DNA of 57,725 bases, from NCBI GenBank assembly GCA_007375725.1, contig VMEV01000005.1:1-57725 (forward strand), in the 5' to 3' direction. Source of the stretch: Parcubacteria group bacterium Greene0416_36. Its GTDB lineage: Bacteria; Patescibacteriota; Patescibacteriia; VMEV01. Shown piece after piece: positions 36,220-45,346 of this stretch; position 1 is the stretch's first letter; every line of letters starts with the position of its first letter. A program made the position numbers and the translations under genes. The notes beneath the pieces are model-generated. The model had not been told where the DNA came from. It worked only from the letters and a program-made list of their open reading frames with translations, and did not search any database.

Positions 36220-36888
36220 ATGTTTCTCTCCCTCCTCTATTTCCTCCTCCTCGAATGGCTATTGGCCTCTCCCGTTTCTTTATTGGCGTGGCTGGTGTGT
36301 CTCGTCGTTTTTTTGTTTTTTTCTTTTGGCCGGTCGTTTCATATTCGATTTTGGTTCTTTTTGATCGTATCGCTTTCTTTTTTGTGGAAAGGCGAGGATG
36401 ATGCCTTATTTTTTCATATCGTGGCATTTTTTGCGGCTATGCTATTTGGACTGGGTCTTTATCACTGGGATCGGTATCGGAAGAACCGGCTGGTTCAGAC
36501 CCTCGTGATGATCGGGAGTGTTTTTGGGGGGATGCTCTTTTTTTTCTATTGGAAAGCCGCGGAGGATCCCTTATTTTTATTCTTTATTGGGGCTATTTTC
36601 ATTTGTTTATTCTGGATCACTTATTTTGGCTTGGCCGAATTCCAGAGGGGGGCCTCTTGGCGGGCGATTTATTTATCTTTAGTAGGAAGTTTGTTGGCGA
36701 TGGAACTCTCCTGGGTGATTGCTTTTTTCCCTTTTAATTACTATACTCAAGCGTCGATAGTGGCTTTGTGGTATAGTATTTTTTGGATTGCCCTGGATCC
36801 TCTTTCTAATCGCAATTCTCTATTTAAAAATGCTATTATTAGCTTTTTTTTGATTCTGCTCTTGCTCTGGAGCGCTCGGTGGATATAG
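36220..36888 (+). CDS. integral membrane hypothetical protein
   Basis: A 222-aa protein with about 6 hydrophobic helices. No family recognised. Confidence 0.55.
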   Translation: MFLSLLYFLLLEWLLASPVSLLAWLVCLVVFLFFSFGRSFHIRFWFFLIVSLSFLWKGEDDALFFHIVAFFAAMLFGLGLYHWDRYRKNRLVQTLVMIGSVFGGMLFFFYWKAAEDPLFLFFIGAIFICLFWITYFGLAEFQRGASWRAIYLSLVGSLLAMELSWVIAFFPFNYYTQASIVALWYSIFWIALDPLSNRNSLFKNAIISFFLILLLLWSARWI

Positions 36889-36901
36889 AAAGTGTAACAT
36901 T

Positions 36902-37483
36902 TTGCCGTTGTCGTCCGTCTTATTAGATATAAAACATGTGAACTGGCAAGAACAATTCGATTTATATAGGGTGATCACGCATAAAGATTCGGAGGCCTTT
37001 GGCCGTCTTTATGATCGCTATATTGACCGCATTTATCGGTTTATATTGGGCAAGGTGGCGGCTGAGGATGATGCGCGCGATATTGCCAATGATATTTTCG
37101 TTAAATGCTGGCAGTACCTGACCGATTCCGAAAATGTGCCGGTCGTAAACTTAAATGCTTTTTTATATAAAATGGCGAGGAATCGCATCATCGATTTCTA
37201 CCGCCGCAAGAAAGATCTGCGCCTAGATGATTGGGAAGAGTTGCCACAGATTCCTGACTCAGCTTTTGATAAAATGATTGAAAATTTGGGAGATAGGGAA
37301 TCGATTCGAAAGGCGCTTTCTGGATTGAGGCCTGAGTATAGAGATATTATTATCATGCGTTATTTGGATGATTTGAGTTTTTCGGACATTGCCTCTGCCA
37401 GTGGAAAAAGTTTGGTTAATGTGAGGGTTTTGGCGCATCGAGCGATGGGGGCGCTGCGAAAAATATTCCATGGGAGAATTTAA
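36902..37483 (+). CDS. ECF-type sigma-70 family RNA polymerase sigma factor
   Basis: Region 2 (RIYRFILGKV...DIANDIFVKCW) and region 4 (YRDIIIMRYLDDLSFSDIASASGKSLVNVRVLAHRAMGALRK). Non-ATG start. Confidence 0.8.
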   Translation: MPLSSVLLDIKHVNWQEQFDLYRVITHKDSEAFGRLYDRYIDRIYRFILGKVAAEDDARDIANDIFVKCWQYLTDSENVPVVNLNAFLYKMARNRIIDFYRRKKDLRLDDWEELPQIPDSAFDKMIENLGDRESIRKALSGLRPEYRDIIIMRYLDDLSFSDIASASGKSLVNVRVLAHRAMGALRKIFHGRI

Positions 37484-38198
37484 AAAATTTATGAAAGAAT
37501 TATTCACACAGTTGAAATCGCTTAAATCCAAGACCGCCCCGAGGGAGGAGTGGAAGAAGGAGACAAGGAAAAGTCTCTTGTCTTTGCGTCCTACGAGCGA
37601 GGCTTCCGGAAGCCGATGGGCGGTATTGGGATCTGCCAGAGTACTTTTGGGGGATGGCGTTTTGGTTTTGAACTTGGGCAAATCGGCGCTCATGGTCGCT
37701 TTAGTGTGTGTGGCTTTTTGGGAGAGCGGTTCTGCGACGGTGAACGTGGCTAAGAATAGTCTTCCCGGCGATAATCTCTACAGTCTCAAACGCGCTCTGG
37801 AAGACACCAAACTCCGTCTGGCCAGTCAAGATGATCTGCTCCGCCTGAAAGTTTCTTTGGTTGAGGAACGTCTCCGAGAAGCCTCTACCATCGAAGATCA
37901 TTCCAAGATCCGGCCTGTTCTGGAGGAAATTAAAAAAGGAGTGGACTCCATCGGCATTCAAATCGCTGGAATTAAAAAAGGAGATACGGAAACCGTGGCT
38001 CTGGTCAATCAGAAAGCGGAAGAATTGGGAAAGGGGCTAAATGAGATCAAGGGAAAACTCGGAGAAGATTTTGTGGTCCAAGCGGCTATTACATCCGTAG
38101 AACAAGTCAGCATTCAATTATCTCAGTTAAAAGAGAAAAATGATCAAGAAGAGGAGCAATCAAAGAAAGAGGAAGCTGTTGTAGAAGAGGTGAAGTAA
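37470..38198 (+). CDS. anti-sigma-like membrane protein (DUF5667-like)
   Basis: It overlaps the sigma gene by 14 nt. It has a single TM helix, an LPGDNLYSLKRALEDTKLRL motif and a coiled-coil C-terminus. Confidence 0.5.
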   Translation: MGEFKKFMKELFTQLKSLKSKTAPREEWKKETRKSLLSLRPTSEASGSRWAVLGSARVLLGDGVLVLNLGKSALMVALVCVAFWESGSATVNVAKNSLPGDNLYSLKRALEDTKLRLASQDDLLRLKVSLVEERLREASTIEDHSKIRPVLEEIKKGVDSIGIQIAGIKKGDTETVALVNQKAEELGKGLNEIKGKLGEDFVVQAAITSVEQVSIQLSQLKEKNDQEEEQSKKEEAVVEEVK

Positions 38199-38203
38199 TC
38201 CTC

Positions 38204-38326
38204 CGACCCTTCGACTCGTGGCCCTTTGGGCCGACTTCGCTCAGGGTCTGCGACTCGATCGTAATAGTGATGGTCGCAGACCCTGAGCGAGGTGGCCGAT
38301 TTATCGGCCCCGAGTCGAAGGGTCGG
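38204..38326. repeat. 123-nt compound palindrome
   Basis: CCGACCCTTCGACTCG pairs with CGAGTCGAAGGGTCGG, and GCTCAGGGTCTGCGAC pairs with GTCGCAGACCCTGAGC. Smaller hairpins lie in both arms. Confidence 0.8.
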
Positions 38327-38702
38327 GAAAAGGAGAGGGGGGAAATTTTTTCCCAGATTCCAAATAAGATACCGCTTTTCGTGACGAACACTTCATTCGC
38401 GAGTGACGAGCTTCAGGGTGGACCTACTAGGGAGTCTGGATTCTATTTGTAAATAAGCTGGTTTCTAGCCATGACAGGCCGGTTTTCTCCGTATAAAGGG
38501 GGAAAAAAAGGTGCGGCTGGATCCCTTATTTAGCCTATTTCGTAGCACTTTATACTTGCCGCTTTAGGGGTGTTGTGCATTATTCCCTTGCAAAAGGTCG
38601 GTCCCGCCTAAGAAACGGGAGGAATGATGGATAAGACCAAAAAAACCTATTCCGGAAAAGGTAAATTTTAAGCCGCGATTTAGTTATATTAATAAACAAA
38701 AT

Positions 38703-41700
38703 ATGTCAAATCAAAGTTTCGCAAAGAAACTCTTGTCTGTCGGATTGACAGTAAGCACCACATTTTGGAGCTTAGGTTTGGCCTTGTTGCCTGTGGGAGC
38801 CTCAGCGGCTACCCTCGTTTCAGGTGACTTGATCAAAGCCTCTGGCGCCTCAGTATATGCTTATGGTCCTGATGCCAAGAGATATGTGTTCCCTAACGAA
38901 AAAACCTTTAAGACTTGGTTTAAAGATTTTGGCACCGTGAAAACAATCACGGATGCTGAGCTTGCCAATATTCCTATTGGTGGAAACGTCGTTTACCGCG
39001 GTGGTACTCGACTCGTAAAAATTACTACCGACCCTAAGGTTTATGCTATAGGTTTGGGCGGTAAATTGTATCATGTTGCTACAGAAGGTGTAGCCATGGA
39101 ACTCTACGGTGCTGCTTGGGCCCAGAGAGTGGATGATGTACCGGATGCTTTCTTCACCAACTATATTGTTGGAGAAGCAATGACCACTGCCGTTCCTCCA
39201 AAGGGATCCGTAGTGTCCGATGGAACTGATATGTATTTCATCAATGGTACTGGCGAAAAGCAAAAGCTTGAAACCGGAGCATTAGATGCAAACTGGTTCC
39301 GTGCCGAATACACCCTTAACCTCAATGCTGCAAAATTGGCTGCTCTCCCAACTGGAACTCCCATTTTGGGCAAGGTTGCCAATATCGTAGATCCTGCTCA
39401 GAAAGAATTGGGTGCTGGAGCCGGTACAACCGTCACTGGTAGCGTAACCGTTTCCATGTCCAATTTGACTCCTGTTGCCGGTTCCGCTATCCCCGGAGGT
39501 GCTTTCTATGCGAAAGTTCTCTGTCTGGATGCAAACAATGGAACCAACCAGGAAGTTCGAGTCACCGGTATTACAGTGAACCGAATCGGTATTTTGGCCG
39601 ATGCTAACGTCGCTGGAGTGCTTGTAACTGATAAAGATGGTGTTCTTCATGGCAATAACGTGACTTTCGGTCAATCGACTGCCAGTTCGGCTTTTGCTTC
39701 TGAACCCATTATTTTGGCTCTTGGTGCCAAGACCACCTTCTGTGTCAATGTCAATATTGGCGCTGCAGTCCAAACCGGTACTGTCGGTGTTCAATTGCAG
39801 ACAGCCAATGCCCTCGTAGTACAAAATGCTGCGGGTCAGGTGATTGTTCCTGTGGGTGCTTTCCCATTCGTTTCTCCTCTCCAGAGTATCGTCAACGGAG
39901 CCGGAGCGATTGGTCAGCTTCAACTTTCTGCCGGCGCGGTTGCCAGTGGAAACAATGTCAACCCCACGGAAGTAGATCAGGGAGTGAAAGATCTTGATAT
40001 CGCTAAATTCCGTTTCCAGGAAATTACTGGTAACGAATCTGTCGAACTCATGACTCTCAATCTCCATAACAACGGAAGTGCTTCTGATCGAGATGTAGAT
40101 ACGGTTCGCCTCATTGACCAGAACAATAATATTGTGGCTACTGGAGAGATGAGAAATAATGAAATTTCCTTTGTGGTGAAGAACTTGGCTGCCTCCGCAG
40201 TTCCTGCCACTTTGATTGGTCCTAACGGTGGTTATTTGATCACGGAAGGCCAGCTTCGAGATTTCACCGTGCGTCTGAACACTACTTCTACTTCCAATTC
40301 CGCCAACCGAACACTCAACTTCGCTATTCAGGAAGCTAATGACGTGTTTGCTCGCGGTATTGAGACTCAAGTAGGTGTCACCCCCATTCAATTGGGTGGC
40401 GTGAACCTCTTCAACGCTTTCCCGATCGGCGACCTCTTCAATGTGGTTCGTTTCCGACAGGGTAATGTAAACTTGTCTCGCGCGACCTCTTCCTTAGCTG
40501 GAAAGATTGCTCGTGGTATGACCAATGTTGCTTTGGCTAGCTTCGATGTCAATGTCTTTGGTGAAGATCTGGAATTCCAGACCTTTGACTATGCCATTCG
40601 CCGCGACAACAACAATGGTCTTTTGACCAATGCTTTGGCTTTGACTGGAACTATCAAGATCCAGAATAAGCTTGGTAATAACATCTTTAGTATCACTGCT
40701 AATGATCCGACCAATTATGGTACGGCCTGTATTAACGGTGTGCCTGCTGCTGCCATTACAGTCGTGAATAACGTTCTGCAGTGTGGTGCGGGTTCCAATG
40801 CTAATGGTGTGGGTGTGGCTCATAACCTCAACAGCTTTTACACGGTAAAAGCAGGTGAAGTTGGAAAGATTACCTTTGTCGGTGATATTTCCCAGAACGC
40901 CAATGCCAATATTGCGGATTCTTACGCAGTTGTACTCACGGGTCTCCGTGCACGACGCGTTTCTTCCAACAACTTCTTGAATCAAGTTGCTTTGGCTATT
41001 GCAGGCAACACCCTCACGGTCGATGCTTCAACCTTGACTGTGAGTGCCAATAGCTCCTTTGCTCCTCAGAACTTAGTTTTGGGCGGTGGATTGCAGCAAA
41101 TTGCTTCTTTCAACCTCCAGGCCGGATCTGCTGAAGATCAGAGAGTCAATGCGATTCAGATTCGCATTTGTCGACGTCCTGCTGGTCAGGGTGTAGGCCT
41201 GACAACTGCCAATAACTGTGCTGTAGATACTGTGCTTGCCAACTTGCAGGCCGTGTCCAACATCACTTTGATGGTGGGGGGTCAGCCTATTGCTCCTTCC
41301 TTCAATATTGCAACGGTTGCTGGATTTACAGCTTCCACCAATTTGACGGTTCCGGCTAATACTCCTCGCATCGTCGATGTGTTCGCAGTTGTTTCAACTG
41401 CTTTCCCAGTCAATGATCGAGTCGGTGTTGGTTTGGCTGTCACGTCGGCCGTAGGATCTGGCTCTCAGACCACGGTTGCCATTGCTGAACAATTCAACAA
41501 TGCGGTCTTGGCTCAGAATGCTGGTGTTCTCAATGTCAATCCTCAAAACGATGGCGTTGTGAACTTGGCTGAACTTCTCCACAGCGGTCTGACCGGGGCA
41601 CCTTTGCTCCTCTTCCAGATTGCTGAGAACAACAATTCTGAAGCTATCAATATCCGCAACTTGTACTTCCAGGTGCGAAACGGTGGAAACTTGAATAACT

Positions 41701-43481
41701 ACAAGCTCTTCCGCGGTACGACTCCTGTTGGTTCCACTTCTCAGATCACCAATGTGGTCGGAACAAACCATGGTGAAGTGCGATTTACGGGTCTTAATTC
41801 ACAGGTTGCCAAGGGTACTGTAGGTCAGTTCCAAGTAGCAGCTGATGTGAACTTTGCCGGTAATATCCTCTTGGGTATTGGCCAGAACATTGTCACAGTC
41901 ATTCCGACTTACCTCGAATATGACGGTGCGGTCTCTGGTGCTAATACTCGAGATTCCGGAGGCATAGCGGTTGCTTCTTTCCCTGTTGCTGCTGCTCCTG
42001 CGGGTGCTGATACGATTGAAGTCAACGATGGCGAGAACTTCGAGAACGGAGATCTCGTCCGAATCGACTTCAACAACGATGGCGACTTTACTGATAATCA
42101 TGTGGTTGCAGGTGTGAACGAAAATCTTCAGTTTACGGTTTGTACTAAGGCATTGATCGCTGCTGGTCGAACGACCATTCAACTTGATCCTGATGCTTGT
42201 GGCGCCGGCGCTGCTATCGTAGATATCTTGGCTGCTGGCGAATTTGTGGTGGGTGGTGCAATCACTCGATTCGTTACGGTTATCTCCAATGTCAAGACCA
42301 CAGAAGAAGCTCGCTTGGTTGGCTCAGCTCATGCCTCCTTCCAAGACTTGTCTCAGACTGTGACTTCTCAGGTGGGTACCTTTGTCTTGGCTTCCCAGGG
42401 CAATCGGCCGATCATCATCGACAAGCTGAAGTTTGAAGTTTCCGGTTCCTTTGACGTAGTCAACGGTTTCGGTGCTCATAACTATCAGCTCTGGAGAGCT
42501 TCCAACACCGATGGTGCTAAGACTGTTCAGATCCCAACCGGACCTGGCGGAATTTTCACCCAGGCTGCTCAATTGGTATACGTTCCCTCTGGAACGAATA
42601 TTGCCAACGGTGCCGCTCCTTTGGTGAATAACGGTGGGGGTATTGCGGTCGGCGCGACTTTGATCGCTTTCGATGCGGGTACTGCTAATCGATCTTTCTC
42701 TGTCGGTGACCGTATCACTTTCCGAGCTGCAGCTGCTAACTGTGGCGCTCCGAACCAGGCTGGTATCAGCCCGAACGGAACGATCGGTTATCGTGTGACT
42801 CAAGTCACAACTGCTGATCTCGGTATTACGGGTTCTATCGTGATCACTCCAGGTGTCCGCGGAACAGCTTTGGCTGATAACGTGGTTATCTGCGCCTTCA
42901 CCAATGATGCGGCTGATGCCTTAGTCAACGTTGCTAACGGTGCTACAGGTGTTGGGTCCGTCATCATTGGAACGAATGCTGCACCTACGGTTGTTGTGGG
43001 AGATATTGTCTCCTTCGTACAATTGGCAGGTCCTCTACTTGTTCGCAATGTTGGACAGGGTCATCGTGTCCTTGCAGTAGGTAACGTCGCTCCTTGTGCC
43101 GCTGCCAACTGTTTCGTGATCGTGCCTCCTCTTCCAGCTGCCTTGGCCAACAACGATTTGATCCGACGATCCAGCAATGTACTCCAGGATACTGATCTTC
43201 CTGAGTCCGGAGCTGTCGTCGCCTTCAAGCTGCCTGCTGGCGAACAGATTGGTGCTAACTCTAGCTCGACCTATGCTGTTGTAGCTGACACTTCAACTAT
43301 GAAGGCTACAAACAACAATGGAACAGCCACTTTGACTCTCAGAGTGCCTGGAAACCGAGGTATTGCTGACAATACCAACGGTTTCAACTGGACTTATACT
43401 CCAGCCAACGGTGGACTTAACCGCCCAATCATCGATATCTCCAACTCTTATCCCACCAACTCTCGAACCGCTATCTACTAA
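38703..43481 (+). CDS. giant secreted surface protein (S-layer-like candidate), 1592 aa
   Basis: Signal peptide, then a globular N-terminal domain (GDLIKASGASVYAYGPDAKRYVFPNEKTF...), then about 1400 aa rich in A/G/T/V/N. NNT/NNC codon bias is strong and a strong terminator follows. Confidence 0.7.
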   Translation: MSNQSFAKKLLSVGLTVSTTFWSLGLALLPVGASAATLVSGDLIKASGASVYAYGPDAKRYVFPNEKTFKTWFKDFGTVKTITDAELANIPIGGNVVYRGGTRLVKITTDPKVYAIGLGGKLYHVATEGVAMELYGAAWAQRVDDVPDAFFTNYIVGEAMTTAVPPKGSVVSDGTDMYFINGTGEKQKLETGALDANWFRAEYTLNLNAAKLAALPTGTPILGKVANIVDPAQKELGAGAGTTVTGSVTVSMSNLTPVAGSAIPGGAFYAKVLCLDANNGTNQEVRVTGITVNRIGILADANVAGVLVTDKDGVLHGNNVTFGQSTASSAFASEPIILALGAKTTFCVNVNIGAAVQTGTVGVQLQTANALVVQNAAGQVIVPVGAFPFVSPLQSIVNGAGAIGQLQLSAGAVASGNNVNPTEVDQGVKDLDIAKFRFQEITGNESVELMTLNLHNNGSASDRDVDTVRLIDQNNNIVATGEMRNNEISFVVKNLAASAVPATLIGPNGGYLITEGQLRDFTVRLNTTSTSNSANRTLNFAIQEANDVFARGIETQVGVTPIQLGGVNLFNAFPIGDLFNVVRFRQGNVNLSRATSSLAGKIARGMTNVALASFDVNVFGEDLEFQTFDYAIRRDNNNGLLTNALALTGTIKIQNKLGNNIFSITANDPTNYGTACINGVPAAAITVVNNVLQCGAGSNANGVGVAHNLNSFYTVKAGEVGKITFVGDISQNANANIADSYAVVLTGLRARRVSSNNFLNQVALAIAGNTLTVDASTLTVSANSSFAPQNLVLGGGLQQIASFNLQAGSAEDQRVNAIQIRICRRPAGQGVGLTTANNCAVDTVLANLQAVSNITLMVGGQPIAPSFNIATVAGFTASTNLTVPANTPRIVDVFAVVSTAFPVNDRVGVGLAVTSAVGSGSQTTVAIAEQFNNAVLAQNAGVLNVNPQNDGVVNLAELLHSGLTGAPLLLFQIAENNNSEAINIRNLYFQVRNGGNLNNYKLFRGTTPVGSTSQITNVVGTNHGEVRFTGLNSQVAKGTVGQFQVAADVNFAGNILLGIGQNIVTVIPTYLEYDGAVSGANTRDSGGIAVASFPVAAAPAGADTIEVNDGENFENGDLVRIDFNNDGDFTDNHVVAGVNENLQFTVCTKALIAAGRTTIQLDPDACGAGAAIVDILAAGEFVVGGAITRFVTVISNVKTTEEARLVGSAHASFQDLSQTVTSQVGTFVLASQGNRPIIIDKLKFEVSGSFDVVNGFGAHNYQLWRASNTDGAKTVQIPTGPGGIFTQAAQLVYVPSGTNIANGAAPLVNNGGGIAVGATLIAFDAGTANRSFSVGDRITFRAAAANCGAPNQAGISPNGTIGYRVTQVTTADLGITGSIVITPGVRGTALADNVVICAFTNDAADALVNVANGATGVGSVIIGTNAAPTVVVGDIVSFVQLAGPLLVRNVGQGHRVLAVGNVAPCAAANCFVIVPPLPAALANNDLIRRSSNVLQDTDLPESGAVVAFKLPAGEQIGANSSSTYAVVADTSTMKATNNNGTATLTLRVPGNRGIADNTNGFNWTYTPANGGLNRPIIDISNSYPTNSRTAIY

Positions 43482-43533
43482 ACTAGATCTGCGATAGAGA
43501 TGACGTGAGAAAAAGCGTTGTCGATACTCGACG

Positions 43534-43568
43534 AAAAACCACTCCGACGAAAGTCGGAGTGGTTTTGT
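43534..43568 (+). terminator. rho-independent terminator of the giant gene
   Basis: A 14-bp stem AAAACCACTCCGAC-GAAA-GTCGGAGTGGTTTT is followed by a T-rich tail. Confidence 0.8.
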
Positions 43569-43606
43569 TATTAGAAATATTTTTTGTATAATGGGGGAAT
43601 AACAAA

Positions 43607-43693
43607 ACAACAAATCCCTCCCCAACCCTCCCTTTGACAAGGGAGGGCGTAGGCCTCCCCCTTGTCAAAGGGGGACTGAGGGGGATTTGTTGC
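43607..43693. repeat. NPE copy m, F orientation
   Basis: Full element about 40 nt after the terminator. Confidence 0.9.
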
Positions 43694-43755
43694 TGGCCGT
43701 TTTGCTTGCCCCGAGTAGTCCATCTTAGGGCGAAGTTGGGTTGCTATTTTTCCCT

Positions 43756-44160
43756 ATGCGTTCATCCACCCCCCGGAAAGCCTTTTCTTTTCCATGGAAA
43801 ATCCTCATGATTCCCACGGTTTTTCTGATTGTATTTGTGTCTCTGGCTATCGTCCGTCAGACCGCGAAAGGGTATACTGTCAAGCGGGAAATTGCTTCTT
43901 TTGAGGGGGAGATCAAAAAACTCGAAAGGCAAAATGCGCTTTTAGAAGACAAACTCAGCTATTATAAAACCGTCAGTTTCCTCGAGAGGGAAGCGCGTCT
44001 CAATTTGGGACTCAAGAAGGACGATGAAGAAGTAGTGGTCGTTCTAGGCCAAAAATTGGGCGTGGGGGTCCTTGCTGCTGGCACCGTAGACCCAAAGGAG
44101 GCTTATGCCAATTGGGAGAAGTGGTTTTATTATTTTTTTAGGAAAGACCTAATCAATTAA
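43756..44160 (+). CDS. septum formation initiator (FtsB/DivIC-like) protein
   Basis: One TM helix, a coiled coil (EIKKLERQNALLEDKLSYYK) and the FLEREARLNLGLKK motif. Confidence 0.7.
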   Translation: MRSSTPRKAFSFPWKILMIPTVFLIVFVSLAIVRQTAKGYTVKREIASFEGEIKKLERQNALLEDKLSYYKTVSFLEREARLNLGLKKDDEEVVVVLGQKLGVGVLAAGTVDPKEAYANWEKWFYYFFRKDLIN

Positions 44161-44305
44161 GAATTACGAATGACGAATTACGAATTACGAATGAACAACA
44201 AAATTAAAATATTGAATTTTTTGGGGAATATTGTTAATAATGAGAGGCGTAATAGGCCTTTTTTATTTTGATAGGCTGTTCATTCGTAATTTGAAATTCG
44301 TAATT
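44161..44305. repeat. heptamer-arm hairpin (GAATTAC-type arms) with ~80-nt loop
   Basis: Left arm 44161-44194, GGCTGTT at 44274-44280, right arm 44281-44305. Confidence 0.75.
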
Positions 44306-44311
44306 GGTTTT

Positions 44312-44384
44312 GCCGGAGTAGCTCAGTTGGTAGAGCAGTGCTTTCGTAAAGCAAAGGTCGTCAGTTCAATTCTGACCTCCGGCT
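44312..44384 (+). tRNA. trnT: tRNA-Thr (CGT)
   Basis: Acceptor GCCGGAG/CTCCGGC, anticodon loop TTCGTAA, T-arm GTCAG-TTCAATT-CTGAC. Confidence 0.85.
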
Positions 44385-44435
44385 CCCAAAAAAACGTAGG
44401 GACGTTGCATTGCAACGTCCCTACGTTTTTTTGGG
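44385..44435. terminator. bidirectional terminator formed by a GTAG palindrome
   Basis: CCCAAAAAAA-CGTAGGGACGTTGCATTGCAACGTCCCTACG-TTTTTTTGGG lies between convergent tRNA genes. Confidence 0.75.
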
Positions 44436-44438
44436 AGG

Positions 44439-44509
44439 AGCGGGTAGTGGGAATCGAACCCACAACTCAACCTTGGGAAGGTCGCGTTTTACCACTAAAC
44501 TATACCCGC
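44439..44509 (-). tRNA. trnG: tRNA-Gly (CCC)
   Basis: Acceptor GCGGGTA/TACCCGC, anticodon loop TTCCCAA, T-arm GTGGG-TTCGATT-CCCAC. Confidence 0.85.
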
Positions 44510-44571
44510 ATGACTCGCCCTCTCATTTATTTCATGCTAAAATCCACCTGAAAGATAGCAGATAATTTTTT

Positions 44572-45252
44572 ATGATTCAACTGGTGGGAGTATCGAAAAA
44601 ATACGGGCCGGATCAATATGCTCTCCGGGACATCAATTTCCACATTCATCCTGGAGAGTTTGTCTCTTTGGTCGGGCCGAGCGGGACCGGGAAGACGACC
44701 CTAGCTAAGCTTTTGATTTCCGAAATTAAGCCAACCGAGGGGACGGTCACTATCGGCGGATGGGATATCACCCATATTTCGTCGTATGAAGTACCCATGC
44801 TCCGCCGCCAGATCGGAGTGGTGTTTCAGGATTTTAATCTGCTCCCCAAAAAGACCGTATTTGAAAATGTGGCCTTTTCACTCGAGGTATTGGGCGAGAG
44901 CTATCGGCAGATACGAGATATCGTGCCGGAAGTCCTCGATATCGTAGGGCTGGGAGACAATCTCGACCGCTATCCCATGCATCTCTCAGGCGGCGAAAAA
45001 CAGCGGGTTGCCGTGGCTCGGTCTCTTGTTCACCGTCCCAAAATTCTCATTGCTGATGAGCCTACAGGCAATCTCGATGACAATAATACCAGGGAAGTAA
45101 TCGATCTCCTCCGCAAAGTAAATGAACTCGGCACAACGGTGGTTCTCATCACCCACAACCGTGCGGTCGTCGATTCCCTTGGCCACCGCGTGATTACGCT
45201 CCGAGATGGGACGCTTTACTCGGATGAGGAGAAGGGGAAATATCATGTATAG
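44572..45252 (+). CDS. ftsE: cell division ATP-binding protein FtsE
   Basis: Walker A GPSGTGKTT, signature LSGGEKQRV, Walker B ILIADEPTGNLD, and the gene is followed by ftsX. Confidence 0.88.
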   Translation: MIQLVGVSKKYGPDQYALRDINFHIHPGEFVSLVGPSGTGKTTLAKLLISEIKPTEGTVTIGGWDITHISSYEVPMLRRQIGVVFQDFNLLPKKTVFENVAFSLEVLGESYRQIRDIVPEVLDIVGLGDNLDRYPMHLSGGEKQRVAVARSLVHRPKILIADEPTGNLDDNNTREVIDLLRKVNELGTTVVLITHNRAVVDSLGHRVITLRDGTLYSDEEKGKYHV

Positions 45253-45341
45253 AAAATTACGAAAGACGAATTACGAATTACGAATGAACAACAAAACAGC
45301 CGGCTGTTGCATTCGTAATTCGTAATTTGTAATTCGTCTTT
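45253..45341. repeat. heptamer-arm hairpin (GAATTAC-type arms), complete, with AACAGCCGGCTGTT centre
   Basis: It fills the whole ftsE-ftsX intergenic space. Confidence 0.85.
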
Positions 45342-45346
45342 ATTTT

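Noticed and set aside
38332-38702. A search for a known structured RNA (tmRNA, SRP RNA, RNase P RNA, 6S RNA) in the long gap before the giant gene
   Set aside because: None of the conserved cores I know is present: no tRNA-like 3' end or tag ORF, no SRP GGAA/AGCA domain IV motif, and no GAGGAAAGUCC. It is treated as a leader or promoter region only.
39282-40391. A 369-aa minus-strand ORF, together with others at 38850..39263, 40494..40985, 41394..41771, 41799..42182, 42324..42803 and 42800..43048, all inside the giant gene
   Set aside because: All are antisense to the 1592-aa ORF and have low-complexity S/G/R/T-rich translations. They are the expected shadow of a long gene with strong third-position codon bias.
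44231-44551. A 106-aa plus-strand ORF. ORF 33338..33721 is a similar case.
   Set aside because: They overlap tRNA-Thr and tRNA-Gly, and tRNA-Ala, respectively, together with repeat arms. They are not credible coding sequence.
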